A stretch of DNA of 64,000 bases from Longimicrobiales bacterium (GCA_965226375.1 CBDDCX010000008.1:1280001-1344000), one strand, 5' to 3'; shown: positions 19,941 to 29,915, counted from the first letter of the stretch. A program made the numbers and translations. Notes: generated from the sequence alone by a model not told the origin.

Positions 19941-21731
19941 ATGCGTGCTCGAGCCGCCCACACCGCCCCCCTGCTCCTTCCCTTCCTTCTCCTAACCACA
20001 CCCCCAACCCTCCGCGCCCAGCTCAACCAGCAGGTTCTGCGCGCCTACTTGTGGCCCGAGACCAACGCGCAGTTCGAGCAAGCCGAGGCTACCCTCCGCG
20101 CCGCGCCGTGGGCGACCACCGCCACCCGCGCCGACCTACACGACCTCGAAGAGATCTTGCGGGCAGGACCACCCCTCGCCCTGACCCCAACCCCCACCCT
20201 GGGCGACTCCCTAAACGAGCTCGCCGTCCCAACCCCTGGCGGCCGGACCGTGCCCCTCTTGGTCCGCCTCCCAACCTACTACACGCCCGACCGCCAATGG
20301 CCGCTCATGTTCGCCATGCACGGCGGCCCGCCCGGCACCGCCCAAGGCGCCTTCCGGCAGCGCGCTGAACATGATCCAGGTCTGCACGGCGGCCCGCCCG
20401 GCACCGCCCAAGGCGCCTTCCGTAGCGCGCTGAACATGATCCAGGTCTGGGCCGAGCCGGCCGAGACCGCCGGCTGGATCATCGCCTCCCCCGCCATGAT
20501 CGACGTCGTGGCACGGGACGGACGCACGCAGGATCGGCTCCCCTACGAGATTTTCCAGCCTGAGGAGGCCCGCGCAGTTATCGACGCAGTGCGGGCCCGC
20601 TTCAGCGTCAACCCTGATCGGATCGTCTCTACCGGGATCTCGCTCGGATCGAATTTCTCGATCGCATACGCCGCCGCGCACCCGGACTGGTTCTCCGCGA
20701 TCGTCCCGGTCTCGACGGAGGGCGAGTCCCGTGAGCACCTGCTGCGCAACCTGGCGCCGGTGCCGGTCTATGTCCTCGAGGGTTCGCAGGATCCCAACAT
20801 CCGGGGCGTGGGCGGCCCCCGTGCCTTGAACGACATCCTGACGGACCTGGCAAACGACCTGGTGTATCGTAAGTTCGGCGACCGGGCCCACGAAGGGTTC
20901 GCGGAGCACTATCCCGACGTGCTCCGCTGGCTGGACAGCCGCCCTCGCTCCCGGGACCCGAAGAACGTGCTGCGGGTCCCGCATGCCGGGATTTCCGGCA
21001 CGAGTCGGCGGGTACACTGGGTCGAGTCCCGGCACCGGCAGGGGGTCGTCCACGCCCGTGTCACGGACCCGACCGAGATCCGGATCACAGCCCGTTGGAC
21101 CGGTTCCGTCCGGCTCCACCTCAACGACCGGCTGGTCGATCTGGACCGCTCCGTCACGGTCTTCATGAACGGGGAGAGAGTCTTCGAGGGCACGATCGAG
21201 CGCTCAATCCTCACGGCGCTCGAAGGAGTGCGGGAGCTGGGGGACGAACGCCGGGTCTATCCCGTGCGGCTGGACGTGGATGTGCCGAGAACGCCTGCCT
21301 CGATCGAGGCAGGGAGCGCGCTCTGGACGGTGCTGGAGCCTGAGCACGCCGAGGGCGTCCTCTCCTTCTGGGAGATGTACGCCGTGCGAGCTCTCGAAGA
21401 ACGGTTCGAGAGCGTAGGGTTCAGCGGTGAGGACGTGGCATGACCGAGAGGAGTCGAGCCTGTCGCGCCCGAACAGGTCGCGATCCGGGTCACCGAAGTG
21501 GACGGCAGGAGTGCCGCCGCCCTGGCTGGCCTACGTTCGGGTGACGTGCTCCTCACCTTTGGGGGCGAACCCTTCTTCAGCGGCCGAGGAGGCCTGGCGG
21601 GCCTACACCACTGGCTCGTACGCGAGCTGAGAACGCACGCCAAGGAGTACGAGATGCTCGTATGGCGCGAGGGTCGTCTCCTGACGCTTGGTACCGAATT
21701 CGCACTGGGACCTTACCGTCCGCCCCGCTGA
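19941..21731 (+). pseudogene. Alpha/beta-hydrolase with C-terminal PDZ domain, interrupted by an in-frame TGA at 21441-21443
   Basis: MHGG, GISLG and HEGF motifs. The frame continues past TGA as PRGVEP...RVTEVDGRSAAALAGLRSGDVLL (PDZ-like) to the stop at 21731. Confidence 0.7.
20317..20447 (+). repeat. Tandem duplication (66 bp + 65 bp) inside the hydrolase gene
   Basis: tgcacggcggcccgcccggcaccgcccaaggcgccttccg...gaacatgatccaggtc occurs at 20317-20382 and 20383-20447. Confidence 0.95.
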
Positions 21732-21752
21732 CGCCACTCCCTCCGGATAGGT

Positions 21753-21783
21753 ATACGTAGGTTTGAATCGTGAACATACGTAT
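21753..21783. terminator. Hairpin between convergent hydrolase gene and tRNA; possible bidirectional terminator
   Basis: ATACGTA-G-GTT pairs with AAC-A-TACGTAT; no clear U-tract. Confidence 0.35.
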
Positions 21784-21836
21784 GAATGTCGAGTGCCCTT
21801 CCAGGGGGAATGGCCTGATATCGACTCGTGCTCCAG

Positions 21837-21910
<74 letters not shown>

Positions 21911-22056
21911 GTTTTCAGCACCAAGATAATCTCAAGCCGGCGATCCATCCAACCGACCGTGAAAGATCGTCTACTTCGCACTAGACTACCCGTTAGGAAC
22001 AGATATGAGTCGAACTGGCCATACCCCGCCGGGCCAGACTGCCGGAGAGACCAAGG

Positions 22057-22560
22057 GTGCCCGACACCAACAGAGAACGGATGGCCATGGTCGAGAGCCA
22101 GCTGAAGGCTCGTGGCATCGCCGACGCGCGCGTCCTCGAAGCGATGGCCTGGGTACCACGAGAGGACTTCCTCCCCGCGGGCCGTCGGTCCTGGGCGTAC
22201 AACGATCGGGCCGTTCCGCTGGGGCTCGGTCAGACGGTCAGCCAACCGTACGTGGTGGCGGCGATGACAGAAGCGCTACTGCTCGGCCCGGGAGACCGGG
22301 TTCTCGAGGTGGGTACGGGAAGCGGATACCAGACGGTTGTGCTCAGCGCTATCGCCTCGGAGGTGTTCTCGATGGAGCGCCTCCCCGATCTTCAGTCCGC
22401 CGCAGAGGAGCGACTGGCGGCCCTCGACATCTCCAACGTGCGGTTTCGAGTCGGTGACGGGTCCCTCGGATGGCCGGACAAAGCCCCGTTCGATGCCGTC
22501 ATCGTCACGGCAGGCGCGCCAGGTGTCCCGCCGGCACTCAAGAGCCAACTGAGCGAAGAC
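22057..22560 (+). pseudogene. pcm: Protein-L-isoaspartate O-methyltransferase, 5' part before the IS
   Basis: VPREDF, QTVSQPY, VLEVGTGSGYQ, GDGSLGW, APFDAVIVTA; homology breaks after QLSED. Confidence 0.92.
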
Positions 22561-22600
22561 CGGAACCTGTCAACGACAATGGGACACTCTACGGGATTAA

Positions 22601-23608
22601 TTAGAGAGCAATGTCCTGTGTGGTGAGGGAAGGGATGGGAGGATTGATGAAGACGGCCTCCGGGAGCGGTTTGGGATTCGGCACACCTCTGACGAAGCGT
22701 TCGGGATGAGCGGCCCATGCTTCGCGGAGCACGGATTTCCTGCCGGCAATGACCTGATCGGCGTTCCCGAAGTGGACCTGCTCGGGGGTTAGCATCGAGA
22801 TGCCGCCATGGCGGTGCTCGGCATTGTACCAGCGGAAGAACGATCGACAGAACGTCTTGGCTTGGCCCTGATCCCCGAACCGTCCGGGAAACGAGGGATG
22901 GTACTTCAAGGTTTTGAACTGAGCCTCGGAAAACGGGTTGTCATCCGACACCTGAGGCCGGCTCAACGAGCGGGTCACGCCGAGGTCAGCGAGAAGTTGA
23001 GCGGTGCATTGGCTCGTCATTGGAGCTCCCCGATCCGAGTGCAGGGTCAGGACCCGGGGCTGGACGCCATGCTTCAGGCAGCTCTGCTGGATCAACCGGC
23101 CGGCCAGGGCCGAGTTCTCCCGGTCCGCCACCATCCAGCCCACGACGTAGCGGCTGTAGATGTCCATGATGACGTAGAGGTAGTAATAGCTCCACTTCTT
23201 CGGCCCGAGCAGCCGCGTGATATCCCAGGACCACACCTGGTTCGGCGCCGTGGCCATCAACTCGGGCTTCTTGTACTCGGGATGGGTGCGCTGCGCCCGG
23301 CGTTCCTGAACCGGCACCTCGGAGGCCAGAACACGATACATCGTGCGTTCGCTGCACAGGTAGACCTCTTCGTCGAGCAGCGTGGCCACCACCTCGGCGG
23401 GTGAGCGGTCCACGAACCGCTCCGAACACAGCGTGTCGAAGACCTCGCCTCGTTCCGTCTCGCTCAATGCCCGGGCGGGCGTCGGGCGGGGCTGCTGTTG
23501 CCCGGTTGATGGGCCTCGACGACGGTACAACGTCGATCGGGAGACCTCGAGGGCCGCGCACGCCGGTTTTACACCGACGTGCTTAGCCAGCTCATCGGCC
23601 GCCTTCAA
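22601..23608 (-). CDS. IS3-family transposase OrfB (DDE)
   Basis: WSWDIT, HSDRG and NPFSEAQFKTLK carry the DDE triad. Confidence 0.95.
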   Translation of the reverse strand: MKAADELAKHVGVKPACAALEVSRSTLYRRRGPSTGQQQPRPTPARALSETERGEVFDTLCSERFVDRSPAEVVATLLDEEVYLCSERTMYRVLASEVPVQERRAQRTHPEYKKPELMATAPNQVWSWDITRLLGPKKWSYYYLYVIMDIYSRYVVGWMVADRENSALAGRLIQQSCLKHGVQPRVLTLHSDRGAPMTSQCTAQLLADLGVTRSLSRPQVSDDNPFSEAQFKTLKYHPSFPGRFGDQGQAKTFCRSFFRWYNAEHRHGGISMLTPEQVHFGNADQVIAGRKSVLREAWAAHPERFVRGVPNPKPLPEAVFINPPIPSLTTQDIAL

Positions 23609-24054
23609 GAGTTTGTCCCGTCGTCGAGGCTTATCCCCAGCAGCCCCGCAACTTTTCCCTGCACGTCGATGATCAGGTGTGCCTTCCTGAGCTCATTCTC
23701 GAGCCGTGCGTTTCGCCGCTCCAGCTTGCGTACCTTCTCATCCAGCGGATTTCGCTCCGGCTTGCGGCCGCGTTTCTTCGACAGGGCCTTCAGCGACCCG
23801 CTATGCGCCGCCTTGCGCCACGTCGTCAGGTGCGACGAGTACAGGCCCTCTCGCCGCAGGACTTGACCCACCTCGCCGGGCTCGGTGCACCGGTCCGCTT
23901 CTTCGACGATCCGCAGCTTGTACGACGGACTGAACCGCCGCCGTAGCGGCCTATCTACTACCTCCGGGTCCGCAGGAGCTGCCGCGCTTCGCTTGGCCTC
24001 CCCGGTTCCAGGGGCACTACCATTCTCTGCCATTCTCTCTCGCAGTCCCAACAT
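23605..24054 (-). CDS. IS3-family transposase OrfA (HTH plus coiled coil)
   Basis: RRRFSPSYKLRIV...LRREGLYSSHLTTWR; TTGA overlap with orfB. Confidence 0.9.
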   Translation of the reverse strand: MLGLRERMAENGSAPGTGEAKRSAAAPADPEVVDRPLRRRFSPSYKLRIVEEADRCTEPGEVGQVLRREGLYSSHLTTWRKAAHSGSLKALSKKRGRKPERNPLDEKVRKLERRNARLENELRKAHLIIDVQGKVAGLLGISLDDGTNS

Positions 24055-24127
24055 GTTCGTTTTCTCTGCCTTCGCCCTACTCTAATTCTTTGCGTGCTCC
24101 GTGTCTCACGTACGTTGGCAGAGAGGG

Positions 24128-24292
24128 GACGGGGGTCGGCTCGTGATACCGGTCGGGCCGTGACACCAGCAGTCTTTGATCCGCTACACGCGAACGGGGA
24201 ACGAGTACGTCACGGAGCAGCTCTTGAACTGCGCATTCGTGCCCTTGCTGGGGTCCGAGGGCTGGCCGAGCGAATCGGAGGCCGACCTGTAA
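24128..24292 (+). pseudogene. pcm: pcm 3' part after the IS, with an extra in-frame TGA at 24161
   Basis: Translates DGGRLVIPVGP*HQQSLIRYTR...LLNCAFVPLLGSEGW, the typical Pcm C-terminus. Confidence 0.9.
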
Positions 24293-24334
24293 CACCCCGG
24301 TTGTTCGACTGGCCGCCCTACTCCGGTAGGCACG

Positions 24335-25990
24335 CTACCGCTTGATCCGCTCGCCCTTGTCCTCGTAACGGAAAATCCACGCGGCCATACGTCCGGGACG
24401 GATCCGGCCTTCGGCGTCTCCGAACTCCTGATCTCCCTGAGACCCCTCCAGCACCCCCGGACGGTTCCGAATCTCCACGGCGACCCCGGTGATGCGGTCC
24501 TTCCACAGGCGCCAGTTGTTCGACCGAAGATCGACCCATCCGGCGTTGACGATCTTGTCGTCGGTGGGACTCAAGTGAGGCTCCGGCTGCACCTTGACGT
24601 CGGCTCCTCGCAGCACGGTCTCTCCATCGGGGAGCAGAAGTGGGAGGCCGATGGTAAGGATCCGTTGGCGCAGCTCGGCGTCTTCCTCGATGAGCTCGCG
24701 ACTCCGCCGAGCGGCGTCTTCAGGATCCAATCCGGCCGCCGTCTCCATGACGGCATAGAGCCTTTTGAGAATCGCCGCTTCGAACAGAAGCTTCGATAGC
24801 CGGGGCGGCCCCAACATCTCGTACGCCACCGACTCGATGCCGTGCTGGGCCTCGAGTCGCTCCATCGCTCCCAGGGCTTCGCTGCGCAGAACTCCGGCGC
24901 GATACGTCGGTCCCATGGTAGCCGCGTCCAGGGCGGATACCACATCGCGACCCGTGGGATGACCCTGAATCTCTCGGAGCACGTTCTCGGCGATTTCTTC
25001 GGGCGTCACGAATTCCATGAGGCCGAGGGACGTCAGAGCCTCGAACTCCGGGAGTGAAAAGAGCCCGTTCTCGCCGGCATCGAGGTAGACCCCCTCCAGG
25101 GGCTCATCCAACGTCTTGAATGCTCTCGCTCCATCAGCAAACGCCTCGGCCACCGGAACGGGTCCGGTCGAGTCCGAGAGCTGCAATGGAGCACCGCCCC
25201 TCATGATGGGCCCGAAGCCGATCGACCTCCAGGAAACGGCCGCCGTGGGCTTGACCTCTTTCACGGCGGGTGCACCGGGTGTGCGGGCCATGAGGTAGAG
25301 GAGGAGCGTGTGTGCACCCGCCAATCCGGACTTGGCCAGCAGTACCCGAGAGGGTCGTTCCTCGGAGTGGGTGAACGGGATGTTCAGGCCCATGCCCCCG
25401 GTGCCGACGGTCCCGATCTTGACGTAGATACCCGTCCCGGCCTGGCGCATACCCTCGAGCGCGATCTGCACGTGCCTGATGAGCTGCGGAAGATAGAGAG
25501 TCGAGAGGTGCCGCTCTACGGCCTCGCGGTCCAAAACACCGTCTTGCGCTTTGGCACGGAGTTCGGCGGCGGAGGCGAACGCATCTTGGTAGGCCAGCGC
25601 CCCGGCCGTGTTCACGCAGTCCACGATCACGTCGGGACGCACCCGGGCAAGCAGGCTGCCGAATGCCGAGCGCTCGAGCACCGCCTGAGTGAGAGGCCCG
25701 AACAGGTCGTCCACCATTCGACCGCGAGCTTCGGCATCCCCGAGAATGTCTTCTCGAGGTCGCTCACAGACGTCGTCCGGGACAAAGAGGTCGCCCCAGG
25801 CCGCCTCTATCGTGGTGTTGTCGGTTCCACCTTCATCTTCGAGCTCACGAACCGTCTCCTCGGCCTCCGCACGGTGAAGCGACGTGATGCCGAGCCGTTT
25901 CGGGGCGTGCTTGATCATTCGGCGGGCTACGGCGAACCCCACGAGGCCGGCCCCTCCCAAGACGAGCACCGTTCTATCTCTCAGTTCCAT
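24335..25990 (-). CDS. Uncharacterised NAD(P)-binding Rossmann-fold (short-chain-dehydrogenase-like) protein
   Basis: VLVLGGAGLVG dinucleotide-binding motif; DVIVDCVNTA; KIGTVGTGGMG. Confidence 0.75.
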   Translation of the reverse strand: MELRDRTVLVLGGAGLVGFAVARRMIKHAPKRLGITSLHRAEAEETVRELEDEGGTDNTTIEAAWGDLFVPDDVCERPREDILGDAEARGRMVDDLFGPLTQAVLERSAFGSLLARVRPDVIVDCVNTAGALAYQDAFASAAELRAKAQDGVLDREAVERHLSTLYLPQLIRHVQIALEGMRQAGTGIYVKIGTVGTGGMGLNIPFTHSEERPSRVLLAKSGLAGAHTLLLYLMARTPGAPAVKEVKPTAAVSWRSIGFGPIMRGGAPLQLSDSTGPVPVAEAFADGARAFKTLDEPLEGVYLDAGENGLFSLPEFEALTSLGLMEFVTPEEIAENVLREIQGHPTGRDVVSALDAATMGPTYRAGVLRSEALGAMERLEAQHGIESVAYEMLGPPRLSKLLFEAAILKRLYAVMETAAGLDPEDAARRSRELIEEDAELRQRILTIGLPLLLPDGETVLRGADVKVQPEPHLSPTDDKIVNAGWVDLRSNNWRLWKDRITGVAVEIRNRPGVLEGSQGDQEFGDAEGRIRPGRMAAWIFRYEDKGERIKR

Positions 25991-26017
25991 CTATATCCCT
26001 CGTGTTCGGGATCCCTC

Positions 26018-26743
26018 TTACTTCTGGCCAACGCCTTCGACGAATCGTTCGAGGACCTGGATGTCTTCGTCGCTCAATGCCTCCCACTCGCCCAGCGGTA
26101 GGTATCCAAGTCGAATGGGTCCGAACCGGATCCGCCTCAAAGCAACAACCGGATGACCGACAGCCTCGAGAAGCCTCCTCACTTCACGCTTGCGGCCCTC
26201 GGTCAGGACCAACTTGAGAGTGCCATAAATGCCGTCGGGTTGGCCCGGATCCACGCGGGTCGGACGGGCGAACCCGTCCTCCAGCTCTACACCTCTTCGG
26301 AGGCGTTCGATGGTCTTCGCGCTCGGAATGCGTTGTACCCGCGCTTCGTACTCTCGCTCCACCTGCGAGCTGGGATGCTGCAGCCGGTTGGCCAAATCGC
26401 CGTCATTGGTGAGTAGCAGCAATCCCTCCGTGGCCATATCGAGGCGACCCACATATCGCAGAGCCCCACATTCGGCGGGCAACCGGTCGTAGATCGTAGG
26501 CCTACCGTGCGTGTCCTTTACGGTGGTCACCACTCCGGGAGGTTTGTGGAAGCGGATCCAACGACGCGGCGGTAGACCAACCGACTTGCCGTCTACCTCC
26601 ACTCGGTCGTGGTCCGGGTCGATCCGAGTTCCGAGTTCCGTGATGACGACGCCGTTAATGCTGACGCGGCCGGTCTCTACGAGGCGCTCGGCTTTTCGTC
26701 GGGACGCTACACCAGCCCTCGAGAGGAACTTCTGGATCCGCAT
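26018..26743 (-). CDS. rluB: rRNA pseudouridine synthase (RluB/RsuA family)
   Basis: S4 domain RIQKFLSRAGVASRR; VGRLD; EGRKREVRR; located next to scpB. Confidence 0.88.
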   Translation of the reverse strand: MRIQKFLSRAGVASRRKAERLVETGRVSINGVVITELGTRIDPDHDRVEVDGKSVGLPPRRWIRFHKPPGVVTTVKDTHGRPTIYDRLPAECGALRYVGRLDMATEGLLLLTNDGDLANRLQHPSSQVEREYEARVQRIPSAKTIERLRRGVELEDGFARPTRVDPGQPDGIYGTLKLVLTEGRKREVRRLLEAVGHPVVALRRIRFGPIRLGYLPLGEWEALSDEDIQVLERFVEGVGQK

Positions 26744-26755
26744 AGGACGCGGCGC

Positions 26756-27559
26756 TCAGTCGGAGTCGGTATCCTCGGCGTCCGCGATCGCGATCGGGTC
26801 CTCAGCGGCCCCGTTCCCGCGCACCCGAGATTCCTCGGCGCCCGCCAGGTCGGCGACATCGTCCTGCTCAGGCAGGGCCTCCACTTCGATATCCCCGATC
26901 GCCTCTACGTCCTCACCTGCTTCAGCCCCCGACGCCTCGCCCGCGAGAACGTCCTCGACGCCCCATTCAGGCATCTCGGCTACGGTTTCATCCACATCGT
27001 CCATGTCGTCAGCGGGCGCCTCTTCCAGCGGGACGCGGTCCCGAAGGATGATCGGCAACTCCTCGGGACGCGGAAGATCATCGAGTGAGCGAAAGTCGAA
27101 ATGTTCGAGAAAGCGTTGGGTCGTACCGTACAGGAGCGGACGGCCGAGGCCCTCGCCGCGGGCCACGACATCGACCAACCTCCGGTCTGTGAGCGTGCGG
27201 ATGACACCCGCCGAGCTGACTCCGCGAATGTACTCTACCTCGATGCGCCCGATGGGCTGGCGATACGCGATGATGGCCAGGGTTTCGAGTGCCGGTCCAG
27301 ACACCCGCGAGGGGCGAGGGACGGTGTCGAAGCGTTCCAAATAGGGAGCGAACTCGGGCCGAGTCAGCAACTGGAACCCTCCGCCTAGTTCTCGGATCTC
27401 GAACGCCCGCTCCGACTCGGAGTACGCAGCATTCAGCTCCCCGATGGCATCCTCGATGAGATCTTCGTCCAGGGACTCGTCGGCACGCGCTATTTCCTCC
27501 GCCTTCAGCGGAGCATCGGAGGCGAAAAGTACGGCCTCTACCACCTGGGCGGGATTCAC
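26756..27559 (-). CDS. scpB: SMC-Scp complex subunit ScpB with acidic tail
   Basis: VEAVLFAS, ALETLAIIAYRQP, IRGV, GRPLLYGTT. Confidence 0.95.
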   Translation of the reverse strand: MNPAQVVEAVLFASDAPLKAEEIARADESLDEDLIEDAIGELNAAYSESERAFEIRELGGGFQLLTRPEFAPYLERFDTVPRPSRVSGPALETLAIIAYRQPIGRIEVEYIRGVSSAGVIRTLTDRRLVDVVARGEGLGRPLLYGTTQRFLEHFDFRSLDDLPRPEELPIILRDRVPLEEAPADDMDDVDETVAEMPEWGVEDVLAGEASGAEAGEDVEAIGDIEVEALPEQDDVADLAGAEESRVRGNGAAEDPIAIADAEDTDSD

Positions 27560-28395
27560 AATGCTTCTCCTGGGCCCCCTGGGCCTTCAATAGAACCGGC
27601 CTCGGAGTCTTCGTCTCCCCAAGCCTCGATGCCGTCATCAGATTCTTCCACAGGACCCAGACCGCGGTAGACCCACAACTCCGCGAACGGCTTCACCTGC
27701 CGAAGCTGCACACGCCGACGCCGGGTGAGCTCGAGCCCAGCGAGGAAGGTCATCACGCCGTGCATGCGATTCTTGAACGGTCGTACGAGCCTGCTGAATT
27801 CGATGCGCCGCACACGGTCGAGCGTGCCGAGAATCAAGTTCATCTTGTCGTCCATCGCAACGGGACGGGTGGCAACCAGACGTGCCCGAACACCGGGATC
27901 GGGAGGCGTCACCTCGAGAGCGGCCGCGAACACCTCTTCCCACGTGGTTTCCAACTCTGTCTCCTCCATCGGTGGGCGGATGCGAGGCTCCAGGAAGCCT
28001 TTTCCGAACCGCCGAGCGCGCTCGGCCTCCGACGTGGCCAGGCGTTCGCTGATCTCCCGAATCTGCTCGTACTCCAGGAGCCGGCGTACGAGCTCTGCCC
28101 TGGGATCCTCATCCTCCGAGTCGCCGTGCCGCGGCAAGAGCAGTTGCGCCTTGATTCGGATAAGGCTGGCCGCCATCTCCAGGAATTCTCCGGCATTGTC
28201 GAGATCCGTGGCCTTAATGTCCACGACGGCGCCGAGGAACTGATGCGTGATCAGCGCGATGGGGATCTCGAAAATGTCGATGTCCTGCTGCCGGATCAGA
28301 TGAAGCAAGAGATCCAGCGGTCCCTGGAATCGCTCGATGTCGATGACAAGGAAGTCCTCTTGAGCGAGAGGACTCGCAGTGGGCGTCAGATCCAC
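27556..28395 (-). CDS. scpA: Segregation/condensation protein ScpA
   Basis: FQGPLDLLLHLI, AGEFLEMAA, DPRAELVRRLLEY. Confidence 0.95.
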   Translation of the reverse strand: MDLTPTASPLAQEDFLVIDIERFQGPLDLLLHLIRQQDIDIFEIPIALITHQFLGAVVDIKATDLDNAGEFLEMAASLIRIKAQLLLPRHGDSEDEDPRAELVRRLLEYEQIREISERLATSEAERARRFGKGFLEPRIRPPMEETELETTWEEVFAAALEVTPPDPGVRARLVATRPVAMDDKMNLILGTLDRVRRIEFSRLVRPFKNRMHGVMTFLAGLELTRRRRVQLRQVKPFAELWVYRGLGPVEESDDGIEAWGDEDSEAGSIEGPGGPGEAL

Positions 28396-29039
28396 AGGTC
28401 GATCAGGGCGTCGGCCAGGCCCATCAGGGCCAAGACGGGCCAGAGTACGAAACTGAAGAACGGCGGATAGAAGAAGATGAGGCCCATGAGCACGAGCATG
28501 CCGTACCGGCCGGCCTGACGATACTTCAGCCCCCACTGAGGAGGCAGCAGGTGGTACATCACGTGCGACCCGTCGAGCGGCGGAATCGGAATCAGGTTGA
28601 AAACGGCCAGGATGAGGTTAATGAAGATCCCGAAGCGAGCCGTCCGGATCAGAAAGCCCAGCACGGCTCCTCCCCCGCCCGACACGACCTGGATCTTCAC
28701 CAAGATCATCGCCAACCCGGTGAACCCCACAGCCAGAATCAGATTCGAGGCGATGCCGGCAAGCGACACCTTGATGTCCCCGCTCTTGTAGTTCCTGAAC
28801 TTGCGCGGATCGATGGGCACGGGCTTCGCCCACCCGAAAATCAGCCCATTCGCCATGAAGAACAGCCCAACCGGAACCAGGAAGGACCCCATCAGGTCCA
28901 TATGGGACAGGGGATTGAGGGTGATTCGCCCAAGCTTTTGAGCGGTGTCATCGCCTTCTCGAAGGGCCACCCAGGCGTGCGCCACTTCGTGCACCACGAT
29001 CGAGAGAATGAGGACGGGAAGAAGGGACAGAAAATCCAT
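28386..29039 (-). CDS. Site-2 protease family (M50) membrane metalloprotease
   Basis: HEVAH, GWAKPVP, FNLIPIPPLDG. Confidence 0.93.
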   Translation of the reverse strand: MDFLSLLPVLILSIVVHEVAHAWVALREGDDTAQKLGRITLNPLSHMDLMGSFLVPVGLFFMANGLIFGWAKPVPIDPRKFRNYKSGDIKVSLAGIASNLILAVGFTGLAMILVKIQVVSGGGGAVLGFLIRTARFGIFINLILAVFNLIPIPPLDGSHVMYHLLPPQWGLKYRQAGRYGMLVLMGLIFFYPPFFSFVLWPVLALMGLADALIDLWI

Positions 29040-29131
29040 CGCCGGAAGGTACCCGGGATGCCTGGCGGCGGCTACCCCTTCGGACACCCCTCCAGGCGAT
29101 TTTCGGCTCTTCGTAGATCCACAGGCGGTTC

Positions 29132-29160
29132 TTGATCAGTTCCGCCTTTTCGGATATACT
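29132..29160 (+). promoter_or_regulatory. Sigma70-like promoter of rpsT
   Basis: TTGATC-17 bp-TATACT, 43 bp upstream of the ATG. Confidence 0.6.
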
Positions 29161-29203
29161 CTCACGCTGATTTGGAAGGTAGAATAAAGGTTTAGGGATC
29201 CGC

Positions 29204-29458
29204 ATGCCGAACATCAAAAGTGCCAAGAAACGGATGCACCTGAGTCGCTCCGCCAACGAGCGTAATCGGGCCGAGCGGTCACAGTTGCGGACAGCGATCA
29301 AGGCTGTCCAGCAGGCTAGCGACGCCACCGACGGCCAGGCCGCATACAAGCGCGTCCAGGTGCTTCTCGACCGCGCCGCCACTAGTCGTTTGATCCATCC
29401 GAACGCGGTGGCCCGCATGAAGAGCAACCTGGCACGCAAAGTAAACGGAATGGCCTAG
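29204..29458 (+). CDS. rpsT: 30S ribosomal protein S20
   Basis: MPNIKSAKKR...NRAERSQLRT...IHPNAVARMKS. Confidence 0.97.
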   Translation: MPNIKSAKKRMHLSRSANERNRAERSQLRTAIKAVQQASDATDGQAAYKRVQVLLDRAATSRLIHPNAVARMKSNLARKVNGMA

Positions 29459-29492
29459 GTCGTTCCGCCTACCGGTCCGCACCGCACCGGGG

Positions 29493-29523
29493 CTCGGTCG
29501 GCTCACGCCGACCGAGTTTTTTT
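29493..29523 (+). terminator. Intrinsic terminator after rpsT
   Basis: CTCGGTCGGC-TCAC-GCCGACCGAG followed by T7. Confidence 0.9.
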
Positions 29524-29573
29524 GTGGCCGAAACCCAATCCAACCACTTGCGACCTGCGGATCATCCACTAGT

Positions 29574-29915
29574 GTGCAGGAAGACCGATCCGCGCCGAGA
29601 GGCCAGCAACGCGGTACCCGAGGAGGAGGAGGAGACGGCCGCGGCGGGGCTGCGCAGCTGTCGGATGAGCAGATACAAGTTGGCCAGGCGATGATGCGGC
29701 TTTGCCGAGAGGGTGGACAGCGTCTGGCCATCGCCGAGACGGACTCCACGGTCATCGTGATCACCGGCGGGCGGAACCTGACTTACTATGTCGACGAACG
29801 TAAAGTTGAAGGGACCATCAGCGGCGGTGTCGAAGTGGAGGTCAAAGCCAAGTGGGACAAGGACAAATTCAAGGTAGAGACCAAGGCTTCGGGCAACGTA
29901 AGAATCACCCAGGAG
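29574..29915 (+). pseudogene. Internal fragment of a hypothetical protein
   Basis: Gly/Arg-rich stretch, then beta-strand-rich sequence (VEVKAKWDKDKFKVET); no signal peptide or own stop; runs into the next fragment. Confidence 0.5.

Larger units (their letters stand above)
22561..24127 (-). mobile_element. IS3-family insertion sequence, 1567 bp, 3-bp target duplication GAC
   Basis: orfA/orfB transposase; imperfect IRs TGTCAACGACAATGGGACAC and TGCCAACGTACGTGAGACAC; GAC at 22558-22560 and 24128-24130; removal restores the pcm frame. Confidence 0.92.

Noticed and set aside
15200..21836. Genomic island at tRNA-Ile
   Set aside because: I found no integrase and no duplicated tRNA 3' end.
24161..24163. 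Selenocysteine UGA in the pcm tail
   Set aside because: The gene is already disrupted by the IS, no hairpin is evident downstream, and CGA to TGA is a simple explanation.
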